Below, piece after piece: positions 1 through 9,109 of a DNA stretch of 64,000 nt (position 1 is its first letter; every line of letters begins with the position of its first letter). The translations under genes and the position numbers were made by a program. The notes under the pieces are model-generated. The model saw only the letters and a list, made by a program, of their open reading frames with translations. It did not search any database and was not told where the DNA came from. Source of the stretch: an uncultured Planctomycetaceae bacterium (GTDB lineage Bacteria > Planctomycetota > Planctomycetia > Isosphaerales > Isosphaeraceae); the NCBI GenBank assembly GCA_963833985.1, contig CAWIAD010000001.1:3168001-3232000 (forward strand), in the 5' to 3' direction.

Positions 1-98
1 CCCTCGCCCAGTAGGAACGCCCGCCGCACACAGCGGCTGACGCAGTGATACCAGCGGGTGACCGACGGATCCACCAGATGCGCACGGGCAATCGTCAT
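1..98 (-). CDS. REP-associated tyrosine transposase (RAYT/Y1 HUH), N-terminus; runs off the window edge
   Basis: Manual translation from ATG at 98 gives [32 protein letters not shown]. The [13 protein letters not shown] motif is typical of this RAYT class. GGAGG lies upstream. Confidence 0.8.
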   Translation of the reverse strand, partial: MTIARAHLVDPSVTRWYHCVSRCVRRAFLLGE

Positions 99-99
99 G

Positions 100-267
100 C
101 ACGGACCTCCCAGCTAGATCCGCACAAGCTACACGATCCTACTGCCCGCGTCAAGATTGCATTGCCTGTCCTTTCTTTCTTTTCTCACGGACCTCCCAGC
201 TAGATCCGCACAAGCTACACGATCCTACTGCCCGCGTCAAGATTGCATTGCCTGTCCTTTCTTTCTT
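100..267. repeat. Tandem duplication of ~82 bp (100-181 and 186-267) covering the RAYT upstream region
   Basis: CACGGACCTCCCAGCTAGATCC...AAGATTGCATTGCCTGTCCTTTCTTTCTT occurs twice with an 86-bp period. Confidence 0.95.
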
Positions 268-309
268 GTTTCTTTCTTGTGTCCTTTCTTTCTTGTCCTT
301 TCTTTCTTT

Positions 310-437
310 GGATCGCCGGCCATCGCGGCAAGAAGCGAGCCGCCGTCGCGGTCGCGCACACGATCCTCGTGATCATCTACCATATGCTGATGGAGGGGAC
401 CACATACCGGGAGATCGCCGAGACCGAGGCGGCCTGA
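310..437 (+). pseudogene. IS110-family transposase C-terminal remnant
   Basis: IAGHRGKKRAAVAVAHTILVIIYHML..GTTYRE* matches the IS110 C-terminal RGKKxAxVAxAHxILxIxYHML pattern. There is no N-terminal part. Confidence 0.8.
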
Positions 438-584
438 ACTCAGTGAGGACTCGTCGCCAACGAGGGTCGCATCCGATACCACCGCGAAGGTGACCACGTT
501 CGTCGTCCGCCTAGTCCTTCGCCCAGCCTGGCGGGATTTTCTGAGCAGTTCAGTTTTCGGGCACCTCTGGCCGATGCCGATTGC

Positions 585-793
585 TCCTTTCGTGGCCGGC
601 CTCGCGGGCGCGGGGTCAGGTTAATGCCCAATCGGGTCGCGACTCCCTCAATCCAGGCGGGAGAGCCCAGGGGGCGTCCGGTCCGCAGCGACTCACGTAC
701 GGCCGTCAGTTCGTCCGGCCTCTGTGCCGACCGCAACTTTGCCCGCCACCGCCGCCTACGCTCCGCCTCGGACGGGCCGAGATGCTCCCACTC
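585..793 (-). pseudogene. C-terminal remnant of a second-class RAYT transposase
   Basis: EWEHLGPSEAERRRRWRAKLRSAQRPDELTAVRESLRTGRPLGSPAWIEGVATRLGINLTPRPRGRPRK has the typical GRPxG...RPRGRPRK RAYT tail. It is cut at the 21-bp motif near 805. Confidence 0.7.
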
Positions 794-835
794 GGAAGAA
801 ACGAAAGGACAGACAACGTGATCCTGCCCGGACCG

Positions 836-900
836 ATCTTGCAGCGTGCGCTGGTCTTGCCAGGAGATCTGCAGCGTGCGCTGGTCTTGCCAGGAGATCC
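836..900. repeat. 30-bp tandem duplication (TGCAGCGTGCGCTGGTCTTGCCAGGAGATC x2)
   Basis: Read directly; it sits just upstream of the degenerate RAYT start at 905. Confidence 0.95.
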
Positions 901-904
901 GGTC

Positions 905-1167
905 ATGACACTCGCACCTGGGTATCTGGGGATACGTCTGTCGCTTGCTGGTACCACTGCATCACCCTCGAGACACCCTTGAATTTGCTGGCGAGGCGTG
1001 ATCCAGACGTCGCAGCGGAGCCGTCGAATGAGGAGGTCGTGCGGCGCCAGGAACGGCTGCGGAAGATTGCCGGGCGGTTGAACGTGCATCGTCTGGCAAA
1101 CCTGGACGGTCGCGCGGCACGCTGGGAAAAACGTGCCGCAGCCTCGGCCACGCACGTGCTGCCATGA
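905..1167 (+). pseudogene. Internally deleted, frameshifted RAYT paralogue of the gene at 1-98
   Basis: Fragments DTSVACWYHCIT / LLARRDPDVAAEPSNEEVVRR / RLNVHRLANLDG resemble the start, middle and end of this RAYT class. The upstream region parallels that of the gene at 1-98. Confidence 0.65.
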
Positions 1168-1432
1168 CGTCGCCTGGTCGGCTGGACGGTCAGAGCGCTG
1201 GCGGCTGCGTACGTGGCCACCGACCCTGCGCTGGTGGATGGAGAAATCGGCAGGCGGGTTCGCAGGATCGCCGGTGTTTCCGCCGTAGACTGAATAGGAC
1301 GGTGCAGTGCGGAGGCTCCTTGACAATGCGGCGGATGGTTGGGACCAGCGCCGGCCCGGCGACGCGCTGGCTCCGCTCTTTTGCAGACCAGATGGCACGG
1401 TCCACCGGACGTTCTGCATTCACAACTCGGGG

Positions 1433-1754
1433 AACGAAGCCATTGAAAAAACGATATATAACTCGCACGCACCAAAGGAGTAACGTCCGATGGCTTCGGT
1501 TGTATGGTGCCGAGAACGAACCCAGATTCTCCCCTGCCTGAGGGCGGACGCGCGACACGACCAGGTGGGCCAGTAAACGGCACGAACGCCGGGGCCAGCC
1601 GCGCTCGGCGGACCAGGGGCTGAAGCCGCGAGGGCGTGCTTTTCACGCGGAAAACCCGCAACGAACCCAATTGCAAATGGAACTGCAAGTCCATGATAAG
1701 CAAGGATTAATGGCCAGAAAGCACCATCGGAAGGGACCGAAATCGAAGCCAATT
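1433..1754. repeat. Two diverged ~95-bp units (1433-1528, 1660-1754), each bounded by A(A/T)CGAA(C/G)CCA direct repeats 82 bp apart
   Basis: Gapless alignment. Conserved (T/C)AA(C/G)TC at offset 26 and AAGGA(G/T)TAA at offset 42 in both units. Confidence 0.7.
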
Positions 1755-1820
1755 CGGCAGCAATCCCAGGACGTGCGACGGACGGTCTCGAGGAAGATCA
1801 TCAAAGGGAAGACGGGGACT

Positions 1821-1897
1821 AAGATTGCATTGCCTGTCCTTCTGGCCTGGTCCTTCTGGCCTGCTCCTTCTTGGCCTGCTCCTTCTGGCCTGTCCTC
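1821..1897. repeat. Third copy of the 21-bp motif AAGATTGCATTGCCTGTCCTT, followed by stuttered TCCTTCTGGCCTG units
   Basis: Identical to 153-173 and 239-259. An inverted, degenerate copy lies at 805-825. Confidence 0.9.
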
Positions 1898-2242
1898 CGC
1901 ACTTCCGAAGACCCACGTGTCTCGTCGCCGCTTCTGCTCGCTGTCGATCAATAAGCTTCAACAAAAAAGAACAAAGGCAACGGAGGGTTGGGACGGAACA
2001 GGGACGGGAACGGGGCTCAAGTAAACTAGAAGCGGCCATGTTTCCGCTCTCCGGTTCCTGATGTTCTTGTTCCGAACCCCTGACGCTTTCGCTCGGGTCT
2101 CTATTCCGCGCGGCCGTCGGTTGAACGTGCATGGCTCGCAGGCGATAATCCACAGCCAGGCCAAAGCGGGCTGGGGTTTTGGCCATCGATCAAATCGGCC
2201 GCCTCGTCTCGCAACTCGTCCGCATCTGTCGCGGAGCCGCTC

Positions 2243-4620
2243 GTGGACCGACTGAAGATCCTCCTGTTCGCGGCCAATCCGTTCAGGGACTTGAACCTGG
2301 ACGAGGAGATCCGCTGCATCCGGGAGGCTGTGGGTTCCGCGGGCCAGCGCGGGATCATGCTGGTCCCCTTCACTGCCACCCGGCCTGGCGACCTGATCGA
2401 CGCGATCGACGACGAACGTCCCCAGGTCGTGCATTTCTGCGGCCATGGAATCCGCTCTCGGGGCGACGCGCAACGGGACCACGACACCAACCGCTCAGGC
2501 GATGAGCAAGAAGCTGTGCGCACCGGCCGTGACCTGATCGCCACGCCTGAGAATCAAGGCGCCATCCTGGTCATCGGCGAGGACGGCCGGCATCGTCCGC
2601 TGGGTCCTGCCGGTCTGGTCGACCTCTTCGAGCATCACAGCGAGATGGTCAAGATCGTCGTCCTGAACACCTGCTGGACCGAGAAGCAAGCCCAGGCGAT
2701 CGCCCAGCACATCGCGTGCGTCATCGGCACGACCCGAGAGATCCGCGACGAGGCCGCCCGGATCTTCTCGAAGCGGCTCTACAGGGCGCTCGCGAGGGGG
2801 GAACCAGTCGCGACCGCGCTGCAGAAGGCGAAGACCGATATCAAACTGCACGGATTCGACGATCAGGCCGCCATCCCTCAGCTCTGGACCAAGCCAGGCA
2901 TCGACGCCAGCCGGGTCTACCTCGTGCCGCCGGAACCGAAGCCGGAGCTGAAACCGGAGCCGAGGCCAGAGCGGGAGCGACAGCTCGAGCTGAAGCCTGT
3001 CCAGGAGCTGGAGATCGAATTCGCGCCGCAGGTGGAGCTGGGTCAGGATGAGAATCCGGCTCCTTCGTCTGTTGTGATAGGAATGCATGGGCTCGACAAC
3101 TCGATAGCCGGGATCCTGGCATCGACCCAAGAAGAGCAAGTGGAGGATGAGAGAGCCAAGGAGGATGACAACGGGGTCTTCGCGAGCGAGAAGCCGAGAG
3201 ATCCCGTGGACGACTTCGGGAACGTATTTACTAAGTTTATTAACTTGTTAATCCACATCTGTACATATTTCATGAAATTGTTCCGCGACACCAAGCAGAG
3301 AAAACTGGTTCAGGACACCAAGCAGAGAGCGGAGGAGGACAGGGAAGCGGAGGACGACGATCAGGACTATTTCGAAATTGAGGAACTGAGGCTCGCACGA
3401 GGAGGACGCCGAGACCGACAGCGATCAGGGGGTCTTCGCCCTCATTGAGGCGCTGAGCTCGCACGAGGAGGACGCCGAGACCGACAGCGATCCGTTCCAG
3501 CACATTCCTCCGGCCTGGACAGTAAACGCCAAGCAACTCGAGACGCAGGCCGAAACCACGCCGGCGAAGACGGCGCCACCGAAGAAGACGTTCTTGGAGC
3601 GCCTTGGCCTGAAGCGCATGTGGGATCAGGGAGTGGATGCGGCGGCAAGACTCGTGCTGGCTGTACTTTCAACCCTGCTCATCATCATCGTACTCATCAT
3701 AACATCCGTGATAATAGTCGTTCAACTGGACAGAACGCTAAGTTCCAAGAACGACCCGGCCAAGAAAGTGCTTGAAAAGGGCGACGAGGAAATCCCAGGC
3801 CCCCCAGCCCCCGCACCGTCCGCTGCCGGTCCCAAGAAGTCCCTGCCGGCCGAGACAAAGACCGCGCCTGCGGTGAACGACGCCGCCTGCACACAGCTTC
3901 GCGAGGGCTTCCGGGAGCTGTTCAGCAACAGTCGCACCGTTCGGAATCCGATCGGCGTGGCCCTGGTGCTCAACGAGCACGTCACCGCGGCTGATCTGGC
4001 GGGCTTCATCGAGCCGGCCCGGCGGGCCAGGGTAGCGATCACGGCGGTTATCGCCGTCCCGGTACGGATCGGGAAGGATCGTCATTTCGTGGACCTGACG
4101 GACTGCCCCGTTGCCGTCGGCCCGATCGCGGTTGGAACTCTCTATGAGGAACTCAAACGTGCGCTCAACCGCGATGACGTGGACATTGTCGTCTTCGTCG
4201 CTCCGCTCAAGGAAAGTCTCGTTGGGAATCACGCAGACGGCCAGGAACACTCGTCACAAAGGGAGCTGATGCGTGTTTTGAATGCGAGCCTCGAGGCGAC
4301 GATGGATGTCTACGTCTCGTCGACGAAGAAGGATGCCGTGGTCTGGCGCAGGAAATCTCCTGGAAGGCAAGCCCGCTGGTACAGAAACGGGCAAAGCACC
4401 GGATGTGTCACCCAGCCCGATGGAGACATTGTCAATAACGAGTCAAATCACCGCCATGGGCGGCAGGGACTGGGAGGACTTCGCCGAATTCCTCCAGTGC
4501 GTGAAGTCCCGCACCCAGCCGAAGAACGCGTTCAGCAACCCGCAGGCTGCTCCCGCGCCCAGGCCGCCGGCTCCGGTTTCGAAGCAGACCGAGACGGCGA
4601 AGAGCACGAGGGACGAGTGA
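2243..4620 (+). CDS. CHAT (caspase-like) domain protein with acidic repeats, one TM helix and a C-terminal domain; split by frameshifts at ~3390 and probably ~4345
   Basis: ILLFAANP, VVHFCGHG and IVVLNTC are CHAT His/Cys motifs. Removing one G at 3390-3391 opens the frame into LERLGLKRMW..LVLAVLSTLLIIIVLIITSVIIVV (TM). The plausible tail lies in the frame of ORF 4282..4620. Confidence 0.7.
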
Positions 4621-4632
4621 AACGGAGGTGCG

Positions 4633-4697
4633 GAAACGGGGACGCAATTCGTTCTCGATTCGAGTTACGTCCTGTTTCAGTCTCCCGTCCCCGTTTC
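4633..4697. repeat. REP-like palindrome / possible terminator hairpin
   Basis: GAAACGGGGACG (4633-4644) pairs perfectly with CGTCCCCGTTTC (4686-4697) and imperfectly with CGAGTTACGTCCTGTTTC (4661-4678). Confidence 0.65.
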
Positions 4698-4850
4698 GGT
4701 TCTCTAGCTACGTCCGCGTTTCGGTTCCTTTGGCGAGCGTTGCTGGGAGAAGTTCAGTTCGTCGAAAGAAAACTGGCGGTCCCCTCTCCTTGGCCGGCAC
4801 CATCGGCTCAGATTGAGTCCAATCCAAGGCCCAGGAGAGAGGGGGACGAG

Positions 4851-7027
4851 ATGACGATCATGAGCGAGCATCGAATCGGGGCATCGCGGCATTTTCGGAC
4901 CGTCTTCGAGTCGGGGCGCTCGGCTCTCTGGCCGATGGTGCATTGCTGGAGCGGTACCTGGCCGGTCGGGGCGACGAGAACTCCGCGGAGGCGTTCGCGG
5001 CCCTGGCGGAGCGGCACGGACCGATGGTCCTGTCCGTCTGCCAGGCCGCGATGGGCAACCCGCACGACGCCGAGGACGCGGCCCAGGCCACGTTCCTCAT
5101 CCTCGCCCGTCGGGCCGGCTCGATCCGCCGGGCCGAGTCGCTGGCAAGCTGGCTCTTTGGCGTGGCGCTGAAGGTGTCGGCGAAGGCGCGGGCACAGAGG
5201 GCACGCAGGCGGGCGATCGAACGACGGGGGGCCGAGATGAAGGCGCAGGCCGCCGGATCCGACGGGTTGCTCGAGACCCGATCAAACGTCTACGAGGAGC
5301 TGGAACGGCTGCCGGAGCGGTTCCGGTCGCCGATCGTGTTGTGCCACCTCGAAGGGCTGACCAACGAGCAAGCGGCCAGCCGGCTGGGCCTTCCGGTCCG
5401 GACGGTGCAGCGCCGGCTGGCGGCAGGCCGCGAGCGTCTGAGGCATCGGCTGACCGGCCGAGGGCTCGCGCCGGTCGCGGGCGCGGACCTGGGACTGCTC
5501 GGCCCGGTCACCGGGCGGGCGTCGGAGGCGTGGATCGAGGCGACGGCGAAGGCGGCCGCGGGCCTGGCCGCCGGCCGGGCGGTCGGTGCCGTTGCCTCGG
5601 CGCCGGTGGCGTCGCTGGTGAAAGGGGCGACGGCCATGATGTTCGTGGGCCGGCTGAAGGCCGTCGCGGCAGGGCTCTTGCTCTCCGGAACCGTCGCCGG
5701 GCTGGCCGGCGTCGGCTGGCTCTGGTCTGCGCGGCAACAGGCCCCGCTGCCCGCGGCCGGGCCCCAGGTCAAGGGCGTCCGGCACGACCCCGCGCCTGCG
5801 CCGGTCGGCAAGGCCGGGAGCCGGCTCAAGGGCGTCGTGGTCGACGAGGGGCGCCAGCCGGTCGCCGGAGCGCGGGTCCGGTCGCTGTACACTGCGTCAC
5901 GCCAGACTGCGACCACCGGCGCCGACGGCACGTTCGACCTTCCGAACGAGATGCGGAACGCCCTGGAACATGGCCTCATCGCAACGGCGGACGGCGGTGC
6001 GCTGCAAGGGATGTGCCTGTTCCAACCTCCGGCGGTACCCGACGGACCGGGCAGCCTGGCGGGGATCATGCTCCATCCGGCTCACGAGGTGGCCGTCACG
6101 GTCGTCAATGGGCGCGGGGCCCCGGTCCCGGATGCGGCCGTTTTCGTCCTGGACCTCAACTTCCCGGCCGCCGATGCAAGGACCGACGCGCGTGGCAAGG
6201 CCGTCATCCGCGTCCCGCGGGAATTGAGGTCCACCTGGATCGTCGCGATCAAGCCGGGCGTCGGCTTTGACTACTTCGAGAATTACCAGACCGATTCGCC
6301 CACCACATTTGCTCCTCCTCCGCGCGAGGCTCGGCTCGTCCTCAGCGGAGTTCTCCGCAACGTCCGCGTTCGCGTGGTCGACTCTGAGGGGCAACCCGTG
6401 GCGGGCGTCGAGGTCCACCCCGTGACAATCGACAAGAGGGGCAAGTATCGGTTCGCCAACCTCGCCCCGCTTCCTGTCGACCCTCACACCGACGCCAATG
6501 GGGTCGCGACATTCGACTGGCTACCCGCGGACATCACCGCCGCCTCGTTCAGTCCAGTCACCTCGGCCTACGCGCTGCCCGGTCCGTGTGCCCTGGACCC
6601 CAGCAAGCCCGACGCCTTGCTGACAGCACGCGTCCGCCGCATGACACGAGTCTCGGGCAAGGTGACCTTCCCCGACGGCTCGCCCGCGCCCTGGATCCGC
6701 GTCGAGGCCAGCGGTTCCGGAGGCCCGGGGATTGCCAAAGGCTGGGCGTTCGGGAGCCGGGACACGACGGCCGCCGATGGGTCGTATGAGATGCAGCTCA
6801 TGCCGGGACAGTCCTACACGATCAAGGTGGTTGACCCGGAAGGGGCCGGGCCAGGTCTCGGCGGGGTCGAGGTTCGCGAGGGTGTCCCGCGAACCGGGCT
6901 CGACCTGTCCCTGGTCCGCGGACCCAAGGACCAGGGCTCGGCCCCGGCGCTGCCCGCTCCCTCGGCGAACCAGGCCCCGGCGCCACCCCCGCCCCCACCT
7001 CCGCCCTCCGCGGGATCGAATCCGTAG
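4851..7027 (+). CDS. ECF sigma-70 factor with TM helix and C-terminal carboxypeptidase-regulatory-like beta-sandwich repeats; 1-nt frameshift at G4 run 4913-4916
   Basis: AFAALAERHGPMV, DAEDAAQATFLIL and LPERFRSPIVLCHLEGLT match regions 2 and 4. Adding one G restores FESGALGSLADGALLERY from ATG 4851, which has a purine-rich RBS. Confidence 0.9.
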
Positions 7028-7223
7028 CCCAGGTCACCCGCGAGGATGGAGACTGCCGGTGACCTCGCCCATCCACCACTCTCCCGGGATGGACGCCCGG
7101 CTCTCGGGTACGCAGTGAGAGGCTGTCTGGGAAAGCTCCATGAGTCCCCATCATGGTTTCCCGGACGGTCTCTCGTTCGACAGCCGCAGTTGTTCTTCAG
7201 CGTTCAAGCACATACGGTACTTT

Positions 7224-7389
7224 CCGCAGAGAGCACGGAGAGAAACCTCCGTGGGGATCGAGACAGACGCACCTCTGGATTCGATCTTGCTCGAACTCTT
7301 GGGCCCCCGGCCGATCAATGGTCCCGTTGGGGTTTCGTTGTCAATCATTTCTGCCGCCGTCCATCGTCTGTTCTTCGTGCTCTCTGTGG
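7224..7389. repeat. Imperfect inverted repeat pair (CCGCAGAGAGCACGGAG / TTCTTCGTGCTCTCTGTGG), REP-like
   Basis: Arms at 7224-7240 and 7371-7389 in an intergenic region. Confidence 0.6.
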
Positions 7390-7612
7390 TTTCTTGGCTT
7401 TCCTGATCGCGCCTGGGAAAAGGGAATCGTCGAGTGTCCGGGTCGCCGACGCGAGCCCGTGTTGAACCACTGGCGTGAATGACACAGCCCTGCCCGTGTA
7501 CGACGGTCCGAGCCGGAGCCCTCGATTGACCACAGCGTGTCCTAAGCTAGCAACAAGAGGCATGGGCCGGCGGAGAGTGCCCATGCCCCAGGAAGGCCGG
7601 GGCAGGCTCAGC

Positions 7613-9109
7613 ATGGGTGAAGACCGCCACGACTCCGTTTTCCGGCGCTGGTTCGTGCCCCAGCCGAGCGACCTCGTGTTCGCACTTGTGCTCGTCTCGG
7701 TCCTTGCCAGCAAGCCGGAGTCGCTGCTGGACGATCCGGGTACGCCCTGGCACCTCCGGCTCGGACGCGACATCATCTCGACGCGCAGCGTCCCGCGATG
7801 CGATACGCTCACCTTCACGCGCGGGAACGCACCCTGGGTGGACCAGTCCTGGGGCTTTGACGCGCTCCTGGCCCTGGTCGTCGACGCAGCCGGATGGACC
7901 GGCGCATCGGCTGCCACGGCACTGCTGCTGGCAGCGGTCTACGCGGCGCTCGCCAGAGGCCTGATGCGAGACGGGACCTGCACGCTCGCCGCGCTTTTCA
8001 CGACCCTGCTCGCCGTCTCCATCGGCCACATTCACTTCCTGATCCGGCCGCACCTCTTCACGCTGGCCCTGGTCTACGTGACGTTCCGCCTCTGCCAGAA
8101 GCAGCACGAGCGCCAAGGCTGGACCATTGCCGGAGTGCCAGTGCTCACGGCCATCCTGGCCAACCTGCACGGTGGGTTCGTCGTGTTGCCGGTCATCGTG
8201 GCGACCGCAGCCCTCGGCCATGCGACCTCCGGACCGCTTGACGCCGGCCGCAGGCAAAACCTGGGGAAGTTTTGTCTGGCTTTCCTGGGCTGCTGTCTTG
8301 CGGGGCTGATCAATCCGTACGGCCTGGACCTGTATCGCCACGTCGGCAAGCTGCTCTTCTCGAGCGGCGTGACGTCCTTGATCCAGGAGTATCAGCCCGC
8401 TCCGTTTGGAACCACGCAGGCCGGCACGCTCGAGATCGTGCTGCTGGCACTGGTGGGGCTGCCGGCGATCGTGAGCCGCAAGACCGACCGTTACCACCTC
8501 GCGCACCTGCTTGTCTGGCTGCATCTCGCGCTCACCTCGATCCGCAACGCACCCCTGTTTGCCCTGGCGGCGGCGCCGACCGTGGCTGCCTTGCTCGACG
8601 GCCTTCCCTTGCCGTTCCGCAACGCGTGGCCCGAGCGGTCCTGGCGATCGATCTGGCGGCCCGTGTTGACCGCTTGCGTCCTGCTCGTGGCATGCACCGG
8701 CATCACCATCGGCGGGTTTGACAGGGCGAAATGGCCGCTCGAGGCACTCGCTGTCGTCGATCGGCAGCAGCCCTCGACACGCATCTTCCACGAGCAGGAC
8801 TGGGGCGGGCTGATCGAAGCCGAGTGCCTCCCCCGGCGGCTGGCTTACATGGACGACCGGTTCGAGCTCTTCGGCAAGGACGCGGTCATCGAATACGCGC
8901 AGGCGTTATCCGGAGGTCCGACGTGGGACACCGTGCGTGATCGAGACCGTATCGAGCTTGTCTGGATCAGGCCCGATCGCGGGCTAGCGAAGCGACTTGC
9001 CGCTGATGAGGCATGGACCGAGATCCACAGAGATGCCGTGTCGACGCTCTTCGGGCGCGAGCCGACGAAGACGATGGCGGGAAGTCTCACGGCTTCGTCT
9101 CATCCTTGA
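7613..9109 (+). CDS. Multi-pass membrane protein, putative GT-C-fold glycosyltransferase-like
   Basis: DDPGTPWHLRLG follows TM1; RPHLFT, ANLHGGF, LINPYG and DDRFELFG motifs; about 11 hydrophobic segments. Start uncertain (ORF open from 7475). Confidence 0.65.
   Translation: MGEDRHDSVFRRWFVPQPSDLVFALVLVSVLASKPESLLDDPGTPWHLRLGRDIISTRSVPRCDTLTFTRGNAPWVDQSWGFDALLALVVDAAGWTGASAATALLLAAVYAALARGLMRDGTCTLAALFTTLLAVSIGHIHFLIRPHLFTLALVYVTFRLCQKQHERQGWTIAGVPVLTAILANLHGGFVVLPVIVATAALGHATSGPLDAGRRQNLGKFCLAFLGCCLAGLINPYGLDLYRHVGKLLFSSGVTSLIQEYQPAPFGTTQAGTLEIVLLALVGLPAIVSRKTDRYHLAHLLVWLHLALTSIRNAPLFALAAAPTVAALLDGLPLPFRNAWPERSWRSIWRPVLTACVLLVACTGITIGGFDRAKWPLEALAVVDRQQPSTRIFHEQDWGGLIEAECLPRRLAYMDDRFELFGKDAVIEYAQALSGGPTWDTVRDRDRIELVWIRPDRGLAKRLAADEAWTEIHRDAVSTLFGREPTKTMAGSLTASSHP

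Noticed and set aside
100..1900. CRISPR array
   Set aside because: The repeats are few, irregularly spaced and of mixed orientation, with no repeat-spacer periodicity and no cas genes.
3594..5171. 525-aa ORF as a single gene
   Set aside because: It is chimeric: the middle of the CHAT protein, an intergenic hairpin, and the true N-terminus of the frameshifted ECF sigma factor.
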